The position numbers and the translations under genes are program-made. From positions 1 to 31,886 of the forward strand of contig JBNJGP010000029.1 of assembly GCA_051747805.1 (NCBI GenBank): 31,886 nt of DNA. Direction: 5' to 3'. Shown one piece after another: positions 1 through 10,500 of the stretch. The stretch is from Candidatus Muiribacteriota bacterium (GTDB lineage: Bacteria > Muiribacteriota > Muiribacteriia > Muiribacteriales > Muiribacteriaceae). Each line of letters opens with the position of its first letter. Position 1 is the first letter of the stretch. The notes below the pieces were generated by a model. That model had not been told where the DNA came from. It saw only the letters and a program-made list of their open reading frames with translations, and did no database searches.

Positions 1-1086
1 AAAGTTGATTTTAAATCTCTGGACCTGATTACAAATGTTGTAAAAGGGGAGGTGCTTGGGGAGTTGGTAAAAGAGACTGAAGGAGTTCCTGGTTCAAACG
101 TATTAGGCGAAGAAATACCTGCTCAACCTGGTTCTCCTGTATCTATTGAAACTTTTGCCGGCAAGAATGTTGAGATTGATTCAAATGGAAATAAAATAAT
201 TTCTCAAATTGATGGACAGGTTTTAATGGAAGGGGAGAAAATTACTGTTACTCCTGTTTTTACAGTTGACGGGGATGTTGATTTAAATGTTGGTAATATT
301 GACTTTATCGGCTCTGTATTTGTTAAGGGAAGTGTTAGCGATGGGTTTAATATCCGGGCTAAAGGCAATGTTGAGGTCGAAAAAAGTATTGGAGCGTCTC
401 GCGTGGAAGCAACCGGTGATGTTATCGTAAAAGGTGGTATCCTTGGTAAAGATGTTGGCAAAATTAAAGCTGGTGGTGATATAATGGCTAAATTTGTTGA
501 AAATGGTATATTAGAGGCCGATAATGAAATATTTGCAGGTAAAGCTATTATGCACAGCCAGGCAAAAGCTTTAAAAGTTCATGTTGCCGATGGCAAGGGC
601 CTTATTGTGGGTGGTGCTATCCGCGCCCAAGAAGAAGTTGAGTGTAATGTTTTAGGAAGTCATCTTGCCACAAAAACTGCGGTTATAATTGGAATTAAAG
701 AAGAAATTATGCATAGAATTGAAGAAATTGATTCTGAAGTTTCAAAAATCTATGATGATATAGATAAGGTTCAGGAAGCCCTTGATACTCTTGAAAATTT
801 AAAAAAACGTCTTGGAAAACTTCCTGCAGATAAAGAAGAAAAATTGACAAAATATGGAAAGCTTATTGAACAGCTTGAAACAAAAGTGGAAAAACTTTTA
901 GCTGAAAGAGATAAACATGAGGAAGAAATTGAAGGCAGTCAGGGTGGAAAGCTTAAAGTAAAAGATAAAATTTATCCGGGTGTTACAATTACTATTAGAA
1001 AAGGTGTTATGCAGGTTAAAGATGAAATAAAATTTGCTTCTATTGTTTATGAAGATGGATATCTCAAAATAAACCCTTACTCCTGA
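1..1086 (+). CDS. FapA/DUF342-family flagellar assembly protein, 5'-truncated by the window edge
   Basis: Frame is open from base 1 (KVDFKSLDLITNVVKGEVL), so GTG52 is not the real start. DUF342 hallmarks: VDGDVDLNVGNIDFIGSVFVKGSV, Gly-rich beta-helix repeats, a coiled coil, and C-terminal KIYPGVTITI. Confidence 0.85.
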   Translation, partial: KVDFKSLDLITNVVKGEVLGELVKETEGVPGSNVLGEEIPAQPGSPVSIETFAGKNVEIDSNGNKIISQIDGQVLMEGEKITVTPVFTVDGDVDLNVGNIDFIGSVFVKGSVSDGFNIRAKGNVEVEKSIGASRVEATGDVIVKGGILGKDVGKIKAGGDIMAKFVENGILEADNEIFAGKAIMHSQAKALKVHVADGKGLIVGGAIRAQEEVECNVLGSHLATKTAVIIGIKEEIMHRIEEIDSEVSKIYDDIDKVQEALDTLENLKKRLGKLPADKEEKLTKYGKLIEQLETKVEKLLAERDKHEEEIEGSQGGKLKVKDKIYPGVTITIRKGVMQVKDEIKFASIVYEDGYLKINPYS

Positions 1087-1105
1087 GCCTTAGGAGGTAA
1101 CTTTA

Positions 1106-1441
1106 ATGGCAGTTATTAATCCAGTTGATATTAATACTCATCTAGCCCAGAGTTTTAATGTTGGAAAAGTTAAACAAGCTCAGGAAGCTCATGCTGTTGG
1201 TGAATCAAAACATGCAGCCCTTTTAAAAGAAAAAGAGGAACGTGATCAGACAAGTGTTAAAAAAATCGATAAAACTGAAAATTCAAAAATAGATGCTGAT
1301 TCAGGAAGTGAAAAAAATAATGAAGATGCACAGAAAAGAAAAAAAAATAAAAATGGACAAAAACATAAAAAAAACACCCTGAATGAATTTTTTGGGGTGG
1401 ATGAATCTTCTAAAGGAAACAGGATAGATATTAAATTATGA
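1106..1441 (+). CDS. Small charged hypothetical protein (111 aa), of the type seen next to DUF342 genes in flagellar loci
   Basis: Strong RBS AGGAGGT upstream; K/E/Q-rich; ends KGNRIDIKL. Confidence 0.7.
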   Translation: MAVINPVDINTHLAQSFNVGKVKQAQEAHAVGESKHAALLKEKEERDQTSVKKIDKTENSKIDADSGSEKNNEDAQKRKKNKNGQKHKKNTLNEFFGVDESSKGNRIDIKL

Positions 1442-1956
1442 ATTTTTCTTATATAAAATGTTTTAGAGAAGTTGAAAATATTAGAGCTTTTTTTCTAACT
1501 GTTAACGAAAAGGGAGTTCCTGTTGATTTTAGATATACTGAAAAAATTAAAATTGATAAAATAAAGAAGTTCATGTTTGGAAGTCTTCTTGATAAACATT
1601 TTAAAACTTCTGTATTTATTGATAAATTTCTTAGCTCTATTGATTTTGAAATTGATTATTTTTTCGTTAATGATGAGGGGTTTCTTGATAATAAAACTTT
1701 TGAAAATATTATATATATTGAAGAAACAGATGAAGACCCGCTTGAGCATGCAGGAAGTGTTCAGGAAACCTCTGATAACAGCTATCTTATACAACCTTCT
1801 TTTTCAGGAAATCCTCTAAAAGTAAAAGTTAAGAGCCGTGAAATTATTGATAAATTTTCCGCCATCATAAGCGATGAAGATTTTCAGAAAGAATCAAATG
1901 ATTATTATTTATATGAACCTTTTATCCGGTTAGAAAAGCTCCACGAGGTTATATGA
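1438..1956 (+). CDS. Hypothetical protein (172 aa)
   Basis: ATGA overlaps with both neighbours; motif-like segments GVPVDFRYTE and YEPFIRL. Confidence 0.7.
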   Translation: MNFSYIKCFREVENIRAFFLTVNEKGVPVDFRYTEKIKIDKIKKFMFGSLLDKHFKTSVFIDKFLSSIDFEIDYFFVNDEGFLDNKTFENIIYIEETDEDPLEHAGSVQETSDNSYLIQPSFSGNPLKVKVKSREIIDKFSAIISDEDFQKESNDYYLYEPFIRLEKLHEVI

Positions 1957-3260
1957 ATCTGTTTAAAATATTTACAAAAAAAATTAAATTATTCAGAGAA
2001 AATACTGACTTTGATTTTAAAATAATAAAAAAAAATATTAACCCTGAAATAAATTTTTTTTTTCAGGAACCAGAATTTAAATTTAAGCTTAAAGAAAAAA
2101 AATTATTCGATGAGGAAAATATTGTTTTTAATGAAGAAAAGGCCTCATTTAATTCTTATGATATTATTACAAAAAAACCATCTGATGAAATTAAAGTTAC
2201 ATTTATAAAAAAGTTATTTATTTTTTTTATTTTAATATTTTCAATTAATTTAAACGCATTTGAAAAAATTGGGGAAGGCTTGTTTTATGAAAAAATTAAT
2301 TTTATAAACGAGAATGGGCCTCAAGTTATTCATATTGTTAAGTTAAGAAAGGACAGCCCAAAAAAATTAAGAGTTGCACTTGCTGAGTTCAGTATGTTTT
2401 CAACAAAAACCGTTTCTGATATTGCCGGTGAGTTTGATGCCAGGGTTGCAGTTAATGCGGCCTTTTTTAATTGGACAGGTGAGATTCTTGGAACTTTAAT
2501 AATGAATCATAAAATAATATCGCTTCCGATTTATTCAAGAAGTGTTTTCTGTATTGGAGAAGATGGGAATTATTTTATTACAGTTCCGGATATAAATCCC
2601 CATATTAAATTTAAGGATTATACTGTTGAGGTTGACGGAATTAATCAACACTCATATGAGAATAAGATAATTGTTTATACTCCCGAATATGGTCGTTTTA
2701 CAAAAACCGAAAAGCATGGACTGGAATTTGTTGTTATTAAAAATAGAGTAGTAGAAAAATACAGTAGAAATGCTGTTATTCCACCTGACGGTTTTGTTGT
2801 TGCCGTTCATGATGATGAAAATCAGAAAAAGTTTGAAAATATAAATTTATTTCATACAATAGAGTTCGGGGTTTCTTATGATTCAGAATTGGAAGATATT
2901 AAGTATGCTGTGGGTGGTGGTCCTTCCCTGATAAAAGATAATAAAGTTCATGTAGCCCATATCGAAGAAAGATTCAAACCAAATTTTGTGAATCAGCGTG
3001 CACCGAGAACTGCTGTTGGAATGAATGCACAGGGGCATCTATTTCTTGTTACTTTAGACGGACGTCAACCTGGACATAGTATAGGAATGACTTTAAAAGA
3101 ATTTGCGCAATGGCTTTATGAGTATGGTTTGACAGAGGCTCTTAATCTTGATGGTGGCGGATCTACAGCCATGGTGATAGATAATTATCTTAAAAACAGT
3201 CCTTCGGGAGGACAGCCAAGAAAAGTTAATGGAGCGATTATAATTGAAAAGGTTGATTAG
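1953..3260 (+). CDS. Phosphodiester glycosidase (NAGPA-like) family protein
   Basis: AVNAAFF, AVGGGPSLI, PRTAVG, LDGRQ and ALNLDGGGST motifs. Start uncertain (see findings). Confidence 0.85.
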   Translation: MNLFKIFTKKIKLFRENTDFDFKIIKKNINPEINFFFQEPEFKFKLKEKKLFDEENIVFNEEKASFNSYDIITKKPSDEIKVTFIKKLFIFFILIFSINLNAFEKIGEGLFYEKINFINENGPQVIHIVKLRKDSPKKLRVALAEFSMFSTKTVSDIAGEFDARVAVNAAFFNWTGEILGTLIMNHKIISLPIYSRSVFCIGEDGNYFITVPDINPHIKFKDYTVEVDGINQHSYENKIIVYTPEYGRFTKTEKHGLEFVVIKNRVVEKYSRNAVIPPDGFVVAVHDDENQKKFENINLFHTIEFGVSYDSELEDIKYAVGGGPSLIKDNKVHVAHIEERFKPNFVNQRAPRTAVGMNAQGHLFLVTLDGRQPGHSIGMTLKEFAQWLYEYGLTEALNLDGGGSTAMVIDNYLKNSPSGGQPRKVNGAIIIEKVD

Positions 3261-4770
3261 TGTTATAGTTTTATATCTTTTTTTGCTGAACTTAAATTTA
3301 CTTGCATTAAATAATGGTGATTCTGGGATAGTTAAAACAGTATTTGAAAATAATAGAGTTGATTTTTTCAAGGCCGAAGTAAAGGCGGTAGTTAAGGACT
3401 CAGCCCTTGATATTGATAATATTAATTTAAAAAAAGATTCTATTCTTATAAAATTTGAGGAGGATAAAAATTTTCCCGGTCCAGTTGGTGGTATCAGCGG
3501 CTCGCCTTTTTATATAGATGATACTTTGATAGGGGCTGTTGCCTATGCAATGGGAGGAGAAAAAAATCATTATGCGGTTGTTATTCCTTTTGAAAAAATA
3601 AAAAATCTGAAAAATTTTTCTCAGAAAAAATATCCTAAAATTGGAAGTATTAATGATTTTGATAATTTTTTATTTGTAAGTTCAAAATCCAGAAAAATTA
3701 AACAGAAGATTGAAAAAAATTTTGGACAACGTCCAGTTTCAATTCCTTTATTTTATGGAGAAGAAAATAATAAAAATAAAGAGTTAAATCCCGGTGAATC
3801 AATTATTGTTTCTCTTGTTCATGGTGATTTATCAATAGGTGCTCTTGGGACTGTTACACATGTTGAGAACAATAAATTCTTTGCTTTTGGCCATTCAGTT
3901 TTTAATCTTGGGGAAGTTAATTATTTTGTTTTTCGTGCAAAAATTGCAGGAGTTGTGGATTCCCCTTCTTTTCCCTATAAAATTGGAATACCACAGAATT
4001 TAATTGGAGTTGCCTCGCAGGATAGAATGTATGGAATTTATGGTGAGCTTGAAAAATATCCTCTTATTATTCCTGTAAATATAAATTTTGATAATGTATT
4101 AAATATTTCAAATGAGTTTAAATATAGAATTATAAAAAATGATAAAGTTCTATTTAAAACACTGGATTCTGTAATATTTTCTTCATTTGAAGAAATAATA
4201 CCGGATAACACGGATGTAAATCTTAATTTAAATGTTGAAATAACTTATGAAGATAAAAATTATAATCTGAATTCTTTAAAACTGAAAAATTTAAATATAA
4301 ATTCAGAGTATGATTTGAAAACTGAGGTCACTTCTTTTATTTATTCAATTTGCAGTGAGTTTTATGAAAATCCCTTTCAAAAGATTGATATAACGAAAAT
4401 AAAGATTGATGTTAATCAGAATGATTTGCTTAAAGAATTTTATTTTCAGAATTATGATATAAAAAAAATTTCAAACAGCGAATTAATTTTTACACTTAAT
4501 GGTTTCGCTGAACATGAGGGCAAAAAAAAGTTGAATTTCAGAATAAATATTCCAGAGGAAGTAAATAAATTCAGCGTAAAATTTTATGCACCCGATATGC
4601 CTGAATATAATTTAAAATCTTCTTTTGAAAATTATTTGAATAAGTTAGAAAATCTTTCTTATGATATTATTTTTGAGATTTATCCCGAAGACAGCAACAA
4701 TATCTACAGAAATAAAATAAAAGCAGATTATAATATACAGGGAGTTATTTCTGGTGAGCATAATTTCTAA
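3244..4770 (+). CDS. SpoIVB-like peptidase S55 domain protein, exported
   Basis: TTG start and signal-peptide-like N-terminus; GGISGSPFYIDDTLIGAVAY (S55 catalytic Ser motif), GTVT and AFGH. Confidence 0.8.
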   Translation: MKRLISVIVLYLFLLNLNLLALNNGDSGIVKTVFENNRVDFFKAEVKAVVKDSALDIDNINLKKDSILIKFEEDKNFPGPVGGISGSPFYIDDTLIGAVAYAMGGEKNHYAVVIPFEKIKNLKNFSQKKYPKIGSINDFDNFLFVSSKSRKIKQKIEKNFGQRPVSIPLFYGEENNKNKELNPGESIIVSLVHGDLSIGALGTVTHVENNKFFAFGHSVFNLGEVNYFVFRAKIAGVVDSPSFPYKIGIPQNLIGVASQDRMYGIYGELEKYPLIIPVNINFDNVLNISNEFKYRIIKNDKVLFKTLDSVIFSSFEEIIPDNTDVNLNLNVEITYEDKNYNLNSLKLKNLNINSEYDLKTEVTSFIYSICSEFYENPFQKIDITKIKIDVNQNDLLKEFYFQNYDIKKISNSELIFTLNGFAEHEGKKKLNFRINIPEEVNKFSVKFYAPDMPEYNLKSSFENYLNKLENLSYDIIFEIYPEDSNNIYRNKIKADYNIQGVISGEHNF

Positions 4771-5536
4771 TAAATTATATAGTATGTTTTGTTATCTTGG
4801 GGATTTATATTATTTTTTAAAAAATATTTTTTCTGTTTTAAAGAAAGAAAATTTTTATTTTGAATCTTTTTTTGCAGAACTATATTCTATAGGAGTAAAA
4901 TCTTTTGGTGTAGTTACTCTTGCCGGTATTTTTACTGGAATGGTTTTTGTTATACAAGTAGGATATAATTTTATGCAGATGGGAGCACAATCCTATATAG
5001 GTGGTGTTGTAGCTCTGTCGATTTTAAGAGAGCTTTCTCCGGTGCTTGTGTCCATTATTGTTGCCGGTAGAGTTGGGTCAGCAATGGCAGCAGAACTTGG
5101 AACTATGAAAATCTCTGAACAGATAGATGCCTTAAAAATGCTTTCTGTTAATCCAACAGCCTTTTTAATTATTCCAAAAATTACAGCTTCTTTAATAATG
5201 ATACCTGTGCTTGTTATTTATACAGATTTTCTTGGTATTGCAGGAGGAGCTGTCGTGGCTGTATATCAGGTTGGAATTAGTTTGACCTCATATACAAACT
5301 CGATTGTTACATGGGTAGAAAAATATGATATAATTTCGGGAGTATGGAAAGCTCTCTTTTTTGGTTTTATTATTTCTTTTATAAGCTGTTTTAATGGAAT
5401 AAATACAAGGGGAGGTGCAAAGGGTGTTGGGCAGGCAGCAACTTTTTCTGTAGTTGTGGCAATTACTGCAATACTTATAAGTGATTATTTTCTATCTGTT
5501 TTTTTAAGATATTTTTATGTACTTCTTTATCATTAA
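4754..5536 (+). CDS. mlaE: MlaE-family ABC permease
   Basis: LRELSPVLVSIIVAGRVGSAMAAELGTMKISEQIDAL and GGAKGVGQAAT; multiple TM segments. Confidence 0.93.
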   Translation: MSIISNKLYSMFCYLGDLYYFLKNIFSVLKKENFYFESFFAELYSIGVKSFGVVTLAGIFTGMVFVIQVGYNFMQMGAQSYIGGVVALSILRELSPVLVSIIVAGRVGSAMAAELGTMKISEQIDALKMLSVNPTAFLIIPKITASLIMIPVLVIYTDFLGIAGGAVVAVYQVGISLTSYTNSIVTWVEKYDIISGVWKALFFGFIISFISCFNGINTRGGAKGVGQAATFSVVVAITAILISDYFLSVFLRYFYVLLYH

Positions 5537-5585
5537 AAGCATTTTAAGAAAATTTGCTGAAAATTTTAAATATAGAGATTATATT

Positions 5586-6326
5586 ATGGAAAAAATAATT
5601 GAATTTAAAAATGTATATAAGTCATTTGATAATAAAAACGTTCTTGAAAATTTAAATCTTAGTATTTTTAAGGGAGAGTGTCTCTGCATTATGGGAAGGT
5701 CAGGATGCGGGAAATCTGTTTTAATGAAAATAATGACCGGATTGATTCGACCGGATTCGGGACAGGTTCTTTATTACAATAATTCTATTGATTTTGGTAA
5801 TTCTGCATTAATGAATAAATACAGGCAGAAAGTAGGGCTTGTTTTTCAGAATGGGGCTCTTTTTGATTCTTTAAATGTGTATGATAATATCAGTTTTGGT
5901 CTTAAGTATAATTTAAAGCTTAAAAAAGATAAAATTAAAGAAATTGTTTATGATATAGTAAAAGAGCTTGAACTGGAAAAAAGTATTTTTGCATTTTCAG
6001 ATGAATTATCTGGCGGAATGAAAAAAAGAGTTGCGCTGGCTCGAGCTCTTGTTATGAACCCGGAGATTCTTATTTATGATGAGCCTACAACCGGACTGGA
6101 TGCTGTTATGGTTAGAAATATTGATAAATTGATTAAAGAAACTCAGAACTTAAGAAAAACAACCTCAATTGTTATAACACATGATGCAGGTTCAGCCTAT
6201 AGAATTTCTGACAGAATAGCTATTCATTCAAAAGGGAAAATTACCGAAACAGGTAAAAAGGATGAAATTTTTAATAGTCAAAAAAAGGATACAAAATTAA
6301 TTATTACAGGTAATGCAGATGAATAA
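5586..6326 (+). CDS. mlaF: MlaF-family ABC ATPase
   Basis: Walker A GRSGCGKS, FQNGALFDS, LSGGMKKRV, YDEPTTGLD, ITHD. In-frame ATG5586 (MEKIIEFKNV) preferred over ATG5517. Confidence 0.92.
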   Translation: MEKIIEFKNVYKSFDNKNVLENLNLSIFKGECLCIMGRSGCGKSVLMKIMTGLIRPDSGQVLYYNNSIDFGNSALMNKYRQKVGLVFQNGALFDSLNVYDNISFGLKYNLKLKKDKIKEIVYDIVKELELEKSIFAFSDELSGGMKKRVALARALVMNPEILIYDEPTTGLDAVMVRNIDKLIKETQNLRKTTSIVITHDAGSAYRISDRIAIHSKGKITETGKKDEIFNSQKKDTKLIITGNADE

Positions 6327-7557
6327 AAGTTTTATAAGTGGTATTTTTGTTTTTCTAGCACTGATTATTCTTAGTGTGATGATTTTTTATGTTGATGATA
6401 TTGGCGTTTTTTTAGAAAAAAAACATATTTTTGTTTTATTTGATCATGCTAATACTTTAACAGACGGTTCGCTTGTTTATTATAACGGCGTCAATGTAGG
6501 AAGTGTCGGCAAAATTTCTTTTTATAATAGAAAAGTTAAAGTAAGGTTGTCATTAAAACAGGATGTAGATATAAATGAAAACGCAATAATTTCAATTAAT
6601 ACCGGGGGATTAATTGGCGAAAAATATATTGATATAGAGGCTCCATCTGATTTAAGTGGAAGAATATTAGAAGATGGCGAAACAATAATGGGTGTCGAGG
6701 GACAGTCTATTGAGAAACTAATTTATTCAATAAATAACCTTTCTGAGGAAATTAGTAAAACATTTTCAAATATGAATAAAATGCTTGAAAAAAATGAAAA
6801 ATATCTTACTAATTTTGTAGAAAATATTGATGAAACTTCCCGGAAAATGCCTAATTTTTTAGATTCTGTACAAAATGATTTATCCTCGGCAAGTAAGGAA
6901 TTTTCCAGTCTTATGTCAAACCTTGATGGAAATTTTTCTGAACTTCCGACCGATTTAAAATCGCTGATTATTTCTATAAGAGATACTTCGAATAGATTGA
7001 ATAATATTTTAAAATCTGTTGAAGATAAAAAGGAGTATCTTGGCGAAAGTATTGAAAATGCAGGATATATTTCAAGAGATGTAAGAGAAATTTCTCAAAA
7101 TGTTAATAAATTTATAAAAGAAGATTTGCCTAATGTACAATCATTTTTTAAACCCTTTTCAAGAGAAGAGTTTTTTACAGAGTATGAAACTTCTTATTCA
7201 AAAAACTCAAGAAATATTTATTCAGATTTTTATGTAAATTTTTTACAAAATGAAAATAAATTCGCCCTTATGGGTATTGAAAGAATAGGATACGAAAATG
7301 ATTTCAGTTTTGTTCTGGGGAGGTATTTTAATAAACATAACTATTATTTTGGAGGTGTTATTAATTCAAGACCGGGGATTGGTTTTGGATATGAGCAAAA
7401 ACCTCTAATTTATGAACTGTTTAATACCGATATTAATAATGAGATGTTGAACTTGAAAATTAACTATGATATTAATTCCGATTATAAATTTGGGATAGAA
7501 TATATTGATTTTTTGAACGAAAAAGATTTTGAGTTTTCAATAAAAAGAAAATTATAG
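6313..7557 (+). CDS. mlaD: MlaD/MCE protein with a long helical region and a probable C-terminal beta-barrel
   Basis: N-terminal TM helix; MCE domain (VYYNGVNVGSV ... GLIGEKYIDI); amphipathic helical stretch; aromatic/Gly-rich beta-strand-like C-terminus. Start may be ATG6319. Confidence 0.88.
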   Translation: MQMNKSFISGIFVFLALIILSVMIFYVDDIGVFLEKKHIFVLFDHANTLTDGSLVYYNGVNVGSVGKISFYNRKVKVRLSLKQDVDINENAIISINTGGLIGEKYIDIEAPSDLSGRILEDGETIMGVEGQSIEKLIYSINNLSEEISKTFSNMNKMLEKNEKYLTNFVENIDETSRKMPNFLDSVQNDLSSASKEFSSLMSNLDGNFSELPTDLKSLIISIRDTSNRLNNILKSVEDKKEYLGESIENAGYISRDVREISQNVNKFIKEDLPNVQSFFKPFSREEFFTEYETSYSKNSRNIYSDFYVNFLQNENKFALMGIERIGYENDFSFVLGRYFNKHNYYFGGVINSRPGIGFGYEQKPLIYELFNTDINNEMLNLKINYDINSDYKFGIEYIDFLNEKDFEFSIKRKL

Positions 7558-7566
7558 GTTAATATT

Positions 7567-10500
7567 TTGGAGAGGGTACTTTTAAAAACTATATTATTTT
7601 TGGCTGTTTTACTGGTTTTTTTTTCATTTTTATATAGTGGTGAAATTGAAAACTTTTTTATTTCTGAATTTAAACAACAAATTTCAAATCTTGAAAAATA
7701 TGATGTAAATATTAATTATAGTTCTTTATCGTATAATTTTTTTCAAATTATTTTAAAAGATGTTGAAGTTGAATATAATAATAGTTTTTTGCTGAAAGGA
7801 CAAAAAGTTACTTTAAAACCCGACCTAAGGAAGTTATTTACAAATTTCAAATTTATTCCTCATATTTCAATATATAATGGCAAATCCCGAGTGGATTTAA
7901 AAAAAGAAAGCGAACTCTCTTTTTTTAATGAAATTGAAATTGGTAAAATAGATTACTTTAATATTGATTTAACGGTTAATAATATTTATCTGCATAATGA
8001 GTATAAAAATATTAAATTCCCTGATTCTTCTGGCTTAATAAATACTGGTATTTTTGTAAATGATTTTTTCAGCCTCTCAAATAGTGAAATTAATATTGAA
8101 ACCTCTAAAACAGGGCAGTTATATTCTGGAAATATTAAAATAAAAGACGGGGATGTTGTTGAATATGAAACTTTTTTAAAAGAATTTGAAAATTTCAAAT
8201 TCATAAAGGGAGTTTTTGATGCTCAAATTAAATATACTGTTAATCAGGAAGGTTTTAAACCAGACGGAACAATATTTTTTAAAAACGTAAATATGAAACA
8301 TTCTGAATATGATATGGTGGACATAACTAATTATAATGGAAAAATAAAGCTTGATGATAATATACGTTTTTTTATAGATAACAGTGTTTTTGTAAATGGA
8401 AAAAAAATAAATTTCTCGGGTGTAAAAAAAAGATATCAATATATTGAAATAACTTTTATACCTGAATTTTTAGAAAATGGTTTCTTGAAAATCAATGGAA
8501 AAGAAGGCAGTTATAACTATGAAGGTGAAGGCGGCTGGGGGGATTTTTCATTCCGTATAATTAATAACCGTATTTCTTTTAATTATTCAGAGCTTATAAA
8601 TGGAGGAATATATATAAACAGTAACTTAAATAATGGAAATTTTTTCCTGGATTATAAAAATGATATAAATATCTGGGGAGATTTAGCGTTTTGTTCTGAA
8701 GAAATGCAGATAAAAAGTAATAATTCATTTTTAAGGTATAAAGATTCTCAGTATTTATTTAATATAAATTATAAAAATGAAGTTTTAAATATTGAATCTC
8801 CTGAATTATTTTTAATGAATTTTGATAAAAATACAAGTTTAATTAATGGGGAGTTCTTTTTAAATCAGAAAAAACAAGTTTTTGAAGGAAGATACTCTGC
8901 AGAAAAAAATTTAATATCTCTTCAAAACTCTTCTGGTTTTTTAAAAATACCTTTAGATGAAATAAAAAAAACAAAATTTGATTACAACTTAATTCTGGAT
9001 GAAATAATTTTTGATAAATTCAAGGCTTCTAATATTGATTTAAGTTTAAAATATAATGAGGAGTTTGAGTTAAATGGAGAAGCCGGGAAAATTTCATACA
9101 ATGATTTTATTTTCAAAAACATAAAAATTACCTCCAATAATATTTTTAATAAAATCAGCTTTAAAAACAAACACAATAACCTGAATCTTTTTGTAAAAGA
9201 GGATAAATGGGAAGGAACCTTGAAAAACTACTCGTATACATTTTCTGTTGGAGATAAAACTTCTTATTTATTTATAAATAAAGGAAATATTAAATATGAA
9301 GGAGAAAAAATCAAAATAATTCCTGAAAAAGCTCATTTAGAATTTAAAGAAAATATTTTTAATTATATATCAGGAAATATTTATATTTGTTCTCAAAAAG
9401 GAATATATTCGGATAATATGATACTCAAAAGAGGTAAGGATAAAGTGAATATTTCTTTTAGTATTAAAAACAAGGATTTTGATTATAATATAAAAATAAC
9501 TGGAAATGAACCTTATAATATAAATGATTTTTTGCAGATTGTTAATAAAAATATAAATATAAAAGGAACGAACAATAATTATAATGGAATTATTGAGTTA
9601 GAAGAGGCAAGTGTTGATTTAGGCGAAAAACATCCTTTCGGCGGCCGGTTAATATTGAATAATAATATTTTAAATATTTCTGAAATTAAAGTTTTAAATA
9701 ATCAGGATGAATTAATGGTATCAGGTTATTATGATTATATAATGGATGAGTTCGATTTAGAGGTAGAAGTTGAAAACGATACTGAACTGGATATTGCAAA
9801 TAATAATTTTTCCTTTCTGGGGCAGATAAATGGAATTTTAAATGTTTCAAAAAGGAACAATAATTATATTCTGGGAGGGGCTTTAAATATTAATGGGGCA
9901 AAATTAAATGTTAAGGGATTTAAGGACTTGTATGATAAAATAAACTTGAAAGAGTTGGCATTAAAATATAATAAGCTTGAAATAGATTATAAAAAAAACT
10001 TTTTAATATGTGAAGGTGAAATAAAAATTAAAGATAAAAAAAGTATAGATAAATTTAACAACAGGGTAGTTTCGGGAGAGGTTGATTTTCTGGGCAATAC
10101 ATTTGATATATACGAAGGTAGAATTCAAATTGACAATAGTGATTTTTCTCCAGATAATAAAAAAATTAAATTTAATCACAATAATAAATTGAATACAGAG
10201 TACAGGGTGAATTTAAAAGATTATAGTTTTAGTAATAATAAAAATACTTATTTGAATAATTCGTTGTGGCTTAACGTGGTATTAAAGAAAAAAATTGAGG
10301 ATAATACGATTTTTGTAAGAGTTTCCGGGAATAATGAAAATCGTAATATTATGCTTTACTCGGAGCCCGAATTAAATGAAAATGAAATAATGGAGTTATT
10401 AAAAAGAAACAGTGTTTTTTCGTTTTTTGAGGCAAGTGACAACAAAGAGAGGTTTTTAAGATTTCTTGGAATGGAAAAAAACTTGTTAAAAAGATTTACC

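Noticed and set aside
52..54. GTG start called for the first ORF
   Set aside because: The frame is open to base 1 with family-like sequence, so the gene starts upstream of the window.
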